Shown in pieces: positions 60,701-64,000 of a DNA stretch of 64,000 nucleotides. The DNA is from Podarcis cretensis (Eukaryota). The notes under the pieces were generated by a model. That model saw nothing but the letters and a program-made list of their open reading frames with translations. It was not told the DNA's origin and did no database searches. The stretch lies in NCBI GenBank assembly GCA_951804945.1, contig OX638160.1, positions 27,528,001 to 27,592,000 on the forward strand. Direction: 5' to 3'. The number at the start of each line of letters is the position of its first letter. Position 1 is the first letter of the stretch. The position numbers were made by a program, and so were the translations under genes.

Positions 60701-60790
60701 AAAAATGAAGAGCTGGTTTTAAATATCAGTTCTCGACTTCAGGCAGCCGTTGAAAAACTTCTGGAAACAATAAACGAAACCACCAATCAG
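14032..60790 (+). CDS. AKAP9: A-kinase anchor protein 9 (partial: 21 coding exons, ~exons 2-22, 1840 codons)
   Basis: Exon peptides match AKAP9 as I recall it ([13 protein letters not shown]; [14 protein letters not shown]; [19 protein letters not shown]; [15 protein letters not shown]; [17 protein letters not shown]; [14 protein letters not shown]). All introns are GT-AG with compatible phases. Confidence 0.97.
15870..16092 (+). mobile_element. Degenerate L2 3' fragment
   Basis: ...GGCCTTTTCTGTGGTGGCTCCC... (RAFSVVAP-like motif of the L2 ORF2 end); boundaries approximate. Confidence 0.55.
17760..18105 (+). mobile_element. Degenerate L2 ORF2 internal fragment
   Basis: ...GGTGTTTTGGATTCAGCTTTGTTATTGGAGGCCCAGATAGCC...AGCACCTTCTACCAGCTT resembles the L2 GV.LD..L..EAQ...AF.QL region; boundaries approximate. 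Confidence 0.5.
18628..18672 (+). CDS. AKAP9: AKAP9 exon 3 (45 nt)
   Basis: tttag|CTGGAAAGT...TCTGAG|gtaaga; [15 protein letters not shown]. Confidence 0.93.
20118..20253. mobile_element. Short palindromic hAT-type MITE (degenerate)
   Basis: CAGGGGTGGAAAACCTATGGCC...CTACAGGTTTCCCATCTGTG; same family as 40963. Confidence 0.55.
21113..21353. mobile_element. Tc1/mariner (Tigger/pogo-like) MITE
   Basis: TA|CAGTCGTACCTTGG...CCAAGGTATGACTG|TA; second copy at 38208-38457. Confidence 0.85.
21424..21546. mobile_element. hAT (Blackjack-like) MITE
   Basis: Inverted ends GGTTGCCATACGTC/GACGTATGGCAACC, related to the 8414 element. Confidence 0.7.
21902..22065 (+). mobile_element. Non-autonomous DNA-transposon end (Harbinger-like), with an inverted relative at ~44210-44338
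   Basis: GGCCCCATCTGAACTATACATTTAAAG here versus CTTTAAATGTATAGTGCAGATGGGGCC at ~44312-44338. Superfamily assignment is tentative. Confidence 0.5.
22795..22850. repeat. (TTAC)n microsatellite at the tail of a minus-strand L2-like 3' fragment (~22855-23095)
   Basis: Visible tandem TTAC units followed by ATTTATACACCGCTTG...CCTCAAAGCGGTTTA. Confidence 0.7.
23755..23808 (+). CDS. AKAP9: AKAP9 exon 4 (54 nt)
   Basis: tacag|GTAAATGGT...ATTAGG|gtatag; [18 protein letters not shown]. Confidence 0.9.
24178..24348 (+). CDS. AKAP9: AKAP9 exon 5 (171 nt)
   Basis: tttag|GAAGAAGAA...CAACAG|gtataa; EEEFG...[30 protein letters not shown]. Confidence 0.94.
27245..27400 (+). CDS. AKAP9: AKAP9 exon 6 (156 nt)
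   Basis: tttag|TTACAAGAA...CAACAT|gtaagt; [52 protein letters not shown]. Confidence 0.95.
28050..28247 (+). CDS. AKAP9: AKAP9 exon 7 (198 nt)
   Basis: ataag|TTGCAGGCA...GAAATG|gtatat; [27 protein letters not shown]. Confidence 0.93.
29398..31818 (+). CDS. AKAP9: AKAP9 exon 8 (2421 nt, large coiled-coil exon)
   Basis: tacag|GAAAAATGC...GAACAG|gtattt; in frame with ORF 29467..31956; [44 protein letters not shown]. Confidence 0.96.
32327..32537 (+). CDS. AKAP9: AKAP9 exon 9 (211 nt, phase 0/1)
   Basis: cttag|AGCGATTTA...TTAG|gtaaag; [27 protein letters not shown]. Confidence 0.94.
33273..33352 (+). CDS. AKAP9: AKAP9 exon 10 (80 nt, phase 1/0)
   Basis: cacag|ATGAAGAA...ACTCAG|gtgaga; ...[14 protein letters not shown]. 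Confidence 0.88.
33657..33762 (+). CDS. AKAP9: AKAP9 exon 11 (106 nt, phase 0/1)
   Basis: tatag|TCCCTTTGC...CAAG|gtaaca; [15 protein letters not shown]. Confidence 0.85.
34249..34505. mobile_element. Tc1/mariner (Tigger-like) MITE
   Basis: TA|CAGTGGTACCT...AGGTACCACTG|TA; internal short tandem duplications (TCAGGTTACATACGCT). Confidence 0.85.
34626..34723 (+). CDS. AKAP9: AKAP9 exon 12 (98 nt, phase 1/0)
   Basis: tttag|CTTTGCAAG...AAAAAG|gtaggt; [20 protein letters not shown]. Confidence 0.88.
34866..35128 (+). mobile_element. Old CR1-family 3' fragment
   Basis: GTGGTGATGGTCACCAGCTTGGATGGCTTTAA...AGGATGCTGAGCTAGATG...TCTTATGTT tail; inverted relatives at ~44520-44580 and ~45345-45535. Confidence 0.6.
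35255..35385 (-). mobile_element. Penelope-derived hammerhead insert, copy 3 (complete type I minimal hammerhead)
   Basis: Reverse complement of copy 2. TSD AAGAGCTA(T)TGAGTTA at 35239-35254 and 35386-35400. Stem I UCUUGGUAU/AUACCAAGA encloses the core. Confidence 0.85.
35566..35668 (+). CDS. AKAP9: AKAP9 exon 13 (103 nt, phase 0/1)
   Basis: tccag|CTTGAAGAG...GCTG|gtaaag; phases fit the neighbours; the peptide is diverged. Confidence 0.8.
36325..36523 (+). CDS. AKAP9: AKAP9 exon 14 (199 nt, phase 1/2)
   Basis: catag|ATCTTAAA...TTCAG|gtacct; [22 protein letters not shown]. Confidence 0.92.
36926..37402. repeat. Long imperfect inverted repeat (arms 36926-37089 and 37262-37402)
   Basis: CAATACCACTGCTGAGGA/TCCTCAGCAGTGGTATTG; TCAGATAAACCCA/TGGGTTTATCTGA; TTTAAATTTCTTACCCATCCTT/AAGGATGGGTAAGAAATTTAAA. 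Confidence 0.9.
38208..38457. mobile_element. Tc1/mariner (Tigger/pogo-like) MITE, second copy
   Basis: TA|CAGTTGTACCTTGG...CCAAGGTATGACTG|TA; co-linear with 21113-21353. Confidence 0.85.
38622..38712 (+). CDS. AKAP9: AKAP9 exon 15 (91 nt, phase 2/0)
   Basis: tttag|CATTTCTGTG...GAAGAG|gtactg; open frame with the required phases. Confidence 0.8.
39360..39434 (+). CDS. AKAP9: AKAP9 exon 16 (75 nt)
   Basis: tatag|CTCACTAAT...GCAAAG|gtacca; [16 protein letters not shown]. Confidence 0.9.
40421..40774 (+). CDS. AKAP9: AKAP9 exon 17 (354 nt)
   Basis: ttaag|GTGGTGGTA...TCTCTG|gtaaat; [18 protein letters not shown]. Confidence 0.9.
40963..41098. mobile_element. Palindromic hAT MITE
   Basis: CAGGCTTCCTCAAC...GTTGAGAAAGCCTG TIRs; 8-bp TSD GTTCAAAG/GTTCAAAC (7/8). 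Confidence 0.85.
41383..41607 (+). CDS. AKAP9: AKAP9 exon 18 (225 nt)
   Basis: tacag|ATTCAAAAT...GCAGAG|gtaatg; [23 protein letters not shown]. Confidence 0.95.
41720..41895. mobile_element. Penelope-derived insert, copy 4: inverted (head-to-head) composite with a mutated hammerhead
   Basis: Minus-strand part 41720-41811 plus an internally deleted plus-strand part to 41895. 13-bp TSD AGATGCATATTGT (41707-41719, 41896-41908). Confidence 0.78.
42386..42460. repeat. (GA)n/(GAAA)n microsatellite
   Basis: Direct reading. Confidence 0.95.
42717..42769. repeat. (TG)9(CG)3(CA)14 compound microsatellite
   Basis: Direct reading. Confidence 0.95.
42954..43094 (+). CDS. AKAP9: AKAP9 exon 19 (141 nt)
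   Basis: tttag|AGTGACACA...ACACAG|gtagtg; [31 protein letters not shown]. Confidence 0.94.
43566..43666 (+). CDS. AKAP9: AKAP9 exon 20 (101 nt, phase 0/2)
   Basis: cccag|GGTGAAAAT...GAAAG|gtatgc; ...SPDILSKER. Confidence 0.88.
44896..45104 (+). CDS. AKAP9: AKAP9 exon 21 (209 nt, phase 2/1)
   Basis: tccag|ATGTGCC...GCAG|gtactt; [40 protein letters not shown]. Confidence 0.95.
45753..46288. mobile_element. Tc1/mariner (Tc2/pogo-like) non-autonomous element with an internal 99-bp GC-rich tandem array
   Basis: TA|CCATATTTTTCGCCCTATAGGACGCAC...GTGCGTCCTATAGGGCGAAAAATACGG|TA (~27-bp TIRs); units start at 45894, 45993 and 46092. Confidence 0.88.
46541..46783. mobile_element. Tc1/mariner (Tigger-like) MITE
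   Basis: TA|CAGTCATACTTCGGGTTG...CATCCAGAGGTACCACTG|TA (imperfect TIRs). Confidence 0.72.
49804..50101. mobile_element. Tc1/mariner (Tc2/pogo-like) MITE
   Basis: TA|CTGTATTGGCCGGAATATAAGCTGCAC...GTGCAGCTTATATTCAGGCCGATACGG|TA. Confidence 0.82.
50827..50983 (+). mobile_element. tRNA-headed SINE with CR1-type 3' tail (degenerate)
   Basis: TGGCTCACTCAGTAGAGCCTGAGGCTCT resembles a tRNA 5' half. It ends GACTAGATGATCCTCGTGGT...(ATTCTATG)n like CR1. Confidence 0.55.
51922..54625 (-). mobile_element. 5'-truncated CR1 LINE (most of ORF2: APE endonuclease + RT), antisense in intron 21
   Basis: ORF 52078..54636 carries [47 protein letters not shown] and KFADD. (ATTCTATG)n tail at ~51919-51936; possible TSD AGATAAGA (51914-51921, 54626-54633). 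Confidence 0.96.
56684..57018. mobile_element. Tc1/mariner (Tigger-like) MITE with internal (TTAGCGGC)n array
   Basis: TA|CAGTGGTGCCTCGCAAGACGAA...TTCGTCTTGCGGGGAACCACTG|TA. Confidence 0.85.
57028..57736 (+). mobile_element. 5'-truncated Rex1/Babar LINE (ORF C-terminus, 3' UTR, (TCTA)n tail)
   Basis: [14 protein letters not shown]...[15 protein letters not shown]...[17 protein letters not shown]...[17 protein letters not shown]...[14 protein letters not shown]; AATAAAG followed by (TCTA)n. Confidence 0.88.
58575..58850 (+). mobile_element. Probable AmnSINE1 (5S rRNA-headed Deu-domain SINE), old copy
   Basis: 5S internal-promoter sequence GAAGCTAAGCAGGGTC (58596-58611) and CCTGGTCAGTACTT..GATGGG. 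This is followed by AAGTGGTGTCGGTGGCTCAGTA...TCAG..AACCAATG and AGGTCCT...ATTAAAG.TCC, which resemble the AmnSINE1 consensus as I recall it. Confidence 0.72.
60564..60790 (+). CDS. AKAP9: AKAP9 exon 22 (227 nt, phase 1/0)
   Basis: tgtag|AAAAGGCA...AATCAG|gtagca; [14 protein letters not shown]...[17 protein letters not shown]. Confidence 0.95.
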
Positions 60791-62664
60791 GTAGCACTCC
60801 TTAATTATATTCTTAGTAGATTATTGAGGAGCGGGTTGCAAAACACTATTGGAGACAGTATAGGTTTTGAAAATCTTCTCCTTTTGCGTATCATCGCAAC
60901 CTCCACTCCCCCTTCTCCTTAGAACTTGTCCCAACCACACCTTCTCCCTTAGACCCCCCTCCCCCCCTCTGCTTATACTCCCTGCCTCGCACTGACATGG
61001 TTGCCTTGGCCATGGCTGCAGAAGTTGAGGAGCAGCGAAGTGGTAGGATGGTTATGGACAGCTTTTCTTTGCTGTCCCGACTGTTCCTCAGCTGCCTGCT
61101 TGGAGTTCCCATGTTTCTCTGCTTACTTCCTTCTCTACTCCAATGCTGCTGAGGCCAAAGCAGCAATATTGGTGGGCGGTGGGCAGTGGCAGCAGAGCTG
61201 AATGGTTGCTGGGGAGCTGCCCTGGGTTTTCTTCTGCGGCTTGCCTAGGCTACCTGATACCTGTGTTCATCATCTGGGCCACCTGCTCACCTGCACTGTC
61301 ACCTGCCTGTTCACTCACTTGAGTGGGCTGCCCCCATCTCTATCTCCATCATCCTCATCTGCCAACACTGCTTTTCCTTCTTCACGTTGTAGTTCACAGA
61401 GCCATCTGTTGCTGGCGCCATGCAAACCACAGCATGATGACATCCTTATATATTATATAGTACTGTAGGATAGTTTTAGAAAAGTAAGCATTAGCATCTC
61501 TTAAAAAGGTATCTACAGCCCTGATACCTGTTTATCTGTTGAGCCAGGTGTATTGATTTTCCACCTCCATCTCCCCTTCTGGTGGTGGTACACCTACAAT
61601 AGTATATGATTTTTGGGGATTGTGTGGTAAGTTTTTCAGATCTTTTGAAATCTCTGTTATGTTTTCAGAGGTTTCTTTCATTTAAATGTATTTAAGACAA
61701 TGACATAAACAGTTCAAAGTTGTGATAAGCTAAATCAAATTGTTTGAAAGTTGTTTCTTTGGTTGCCATGACTTTGGTCATTCCTTCCTTGGGAGAGCAG
61801 ATATTTCTCGTTCTGTGGATTTAAACTCTTATAGGCTGGTGTGTGTATCAATTAGTTGAAGGGCCAATTCTTTGGGTACAGGGAAGCTGTGCACAAACAT
61901 TGTCTAGTACCTCAAAGCGAGGAAGTAAATTGGATTCCTTCAGACCTATATCATCGGTGCCCTCAAAGTGTGGAATGTGTAGTTGTTCCCAGTTTCAACT
62001 AGTGTTTATACAGTTCTTATTATTTCCAGAAGGATAGGTGTATGCCAGTGTAACTTGCAATAGGATTTCATTTGCAATGCAGTTTTTTCAGTGTTGGCTT
62101 TCCTAGAAAGGAAATACTTCATTTTAAAAACTAGTGAATCGTAGGATTGAATAGGTCTTGCATCCTAATGTTGTTTCATTGGAATTGTTTCAACCTGCTT
62201 ATCCTATTGGAAGCCTTTTATCTTTCCATCTCAATATTTTTCTGCAATATTTTGAGTCATCACACCTAGGTGTTTACCCATCTCTTCTCCCTCCTCCTCA
62301 AATACTTGGAACTTTTAGAATGGTGCCATGAATGTGCACACCAAGTTTAAGTCCGGTTTTTCAGTGCTGAATATTTCCCTATCAAAAAGGTCAGTTTTAA
62401 CCTGAAACCTAGAACGACTTTTGGAAAAAGCAATAAATTGTAGCATGCATAGTTTTAGTGTTCAAAGAAGAAATCACATTTCTTACATGCCTCAAAATGG
62501 TCTCACATTTGAACTTGGAACTTGCATCATAGTATTATAGCCTCAGTCTATTAAATGCATTTGAAATGAATCTCAGTGCTCAAATGAGAGCTCCTCCATC
62601 CCTCTTAGAAACAGGTGAATGGATCAGATACATCTTTGAATTTGAAATGTACTATTCTATTTCA

Positions 62665-63176
62665 ATGACAAACCTAGACAGCATCTTAAAAAGCAGAGAC
62701 ATCACCTTGCCAACAAAGGTCCGTATAGTTAAAGCTATGGTTTTCCCAGTAGTGGTGTATGGAAGTGAGAGCTGGACCATAAAGAAGGCTGATCGCCGAA
62801 GAATTGATGCTTGTGAATTATGGTGCTGGAGGAGACTCTGGAGAGTCCTGTGGACTGCAAGAAGATCAAACCTATCCATTCTTAAGGAAATCAGCCCTGA
62901 GTGCTCACTGGAAGCTGAGGCTCCAATACTTTGGCCACCTCATGAGAAGAGAAGAGAAGAGAAGACTCCCTGGAAAAGACCCTGATGCTGGGAAAGATTG
63001 AGGGCACAAGGAGGAGGGGACGACAGAGGACGAGATGGTTGGACAGTGTTCTTGAAGCTACCAACATGAATTTGACCAAACTGCAGGAGGCAGTGGAAGA
63101 CAGAAGTGCCTGGCATGCTCTGGTCCATGGGGTCACGAAGAGTCGGTCACGATTAAACGACTAAACAACAACAGCA
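62665..63176 (+). mobile_element. 5'-truncated RTE-BovB LINE
   Basis: MTNLDSILKSRDITLPTKVRIVKAMVFPVV.YGSESWTIKKADRRRIDA; 3' end CATGGGGTCACGAAGAGTCGG with a (CAA)n tail; 11-bp TSD ATTCTATTTCA (62654-62664, 63177-63187). Confidence 0.95.
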
Positions 63177-64000
63177 ATTCTATTTCATATCTGTCTATCA
63201 AGTTTAATTTTGTCAACTTAGTTTCTCAAGACACTCTTGCAAGAGAACAAGTAGAAAATGCCCAGCAAGTTAAATGGAATATTTATTTTCTAATGGACAA
63301 TAAGTGCATCATTTTACAACTTGTTTCTTCAAAGGATGTAATCAAAATCTTATTCTCCTTTCTATCTTCCCTCATCTCCCTTAAACTTCCAAAGGAACTA
63401 TGTTGTGATGATAAGGTGATCTTTGTGCCAAAAAAATCTAGAAACAGTATGAATTTGGCCTATCATCTAATTCATGAACTTCCACATTGATCCTAATAGA
63501 AAGAGAAACCTTGCTAGGAGTGTTTTTCAAGCTGTCAACATTAAAGATCTGGAGATGCAACTGTATTTTAGAAATGTTCTTTTTTATAAAGCATTGAAAA
63601 TAGTCTTTTAGTCTTGAAGCTATTGTTTTATTCCCTTATGAATACAGCTTCTCTGCTCTGACTTGGATTTTGAATCTTGTCGGGCAAGGTTTACTGTGGG
63701 TGTGCTAATTCAAATTCCATCGGCTTGTGTACCTGCAGTAAAGAAATTAAGCCACTCCCATTGTCCTGACCTCTTCCTCAACAGAGGCATTGAGAGAGAG
63801 AGCCTTTCACTTTGCACGGTGAAGTTTTATCTAACGTCAGGAGAATTCTTTCAAGAAAGTAATCAAAGCCAAATAGTGTGCCACTTTCTGTATGTTTGAC
63901 CTCACTGTAGCAGGTGTTTTGTTTTGTTTTTTCAATTGACAACTGCTGCAATTTTTTTTGCTGTAATGGATTGATTAACTGCCTGTTGCTTGTCGTTACA

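Overview
Vertebrate genomic DNA, almost certainly from a squamate reptile. The repeat set (CR1, L2, RTE-BovB, Rex1/Babar, Penelope-derived inserts, hAT and Tc1/mariner MITEs) suggests a lizard; this is an inference. The window lies inside the AKAP9 (AKAP450/CG-NAP/Yotiao) gene on the + strand. I could delimit 21 consecutive GT-AG coding exons with compatible phases (14032-60790; 5520 nt = 1840 codons), numbered 2-22 by analogy with human AKAP9 from memory. Exon 1 and the 3' half of the gene are outside the window. The left 4.4 kb is an apparently intact antisense Ty3/Gypsy (sushi/PEG10-like) LTR retrotransposon running off the left edge. It has a readable -1 frameshift pseudoknot behind a non-canonical slippery site, and a Tf1-like self-priming architecture with no tRNA PBS. 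The introns also hold four copies of a hammerhead-ribozyme-bearing Penelope-derived element (three ~130-bp singles and one inverted composite), each flanked by a short duplication. Other intronic features are a probable ancient AmnSINE1, a long inverted duplication, and a candidate 9-nt microexon. I found no evidence of an entirely new gene system; the best leads are these RNA-structural elements.
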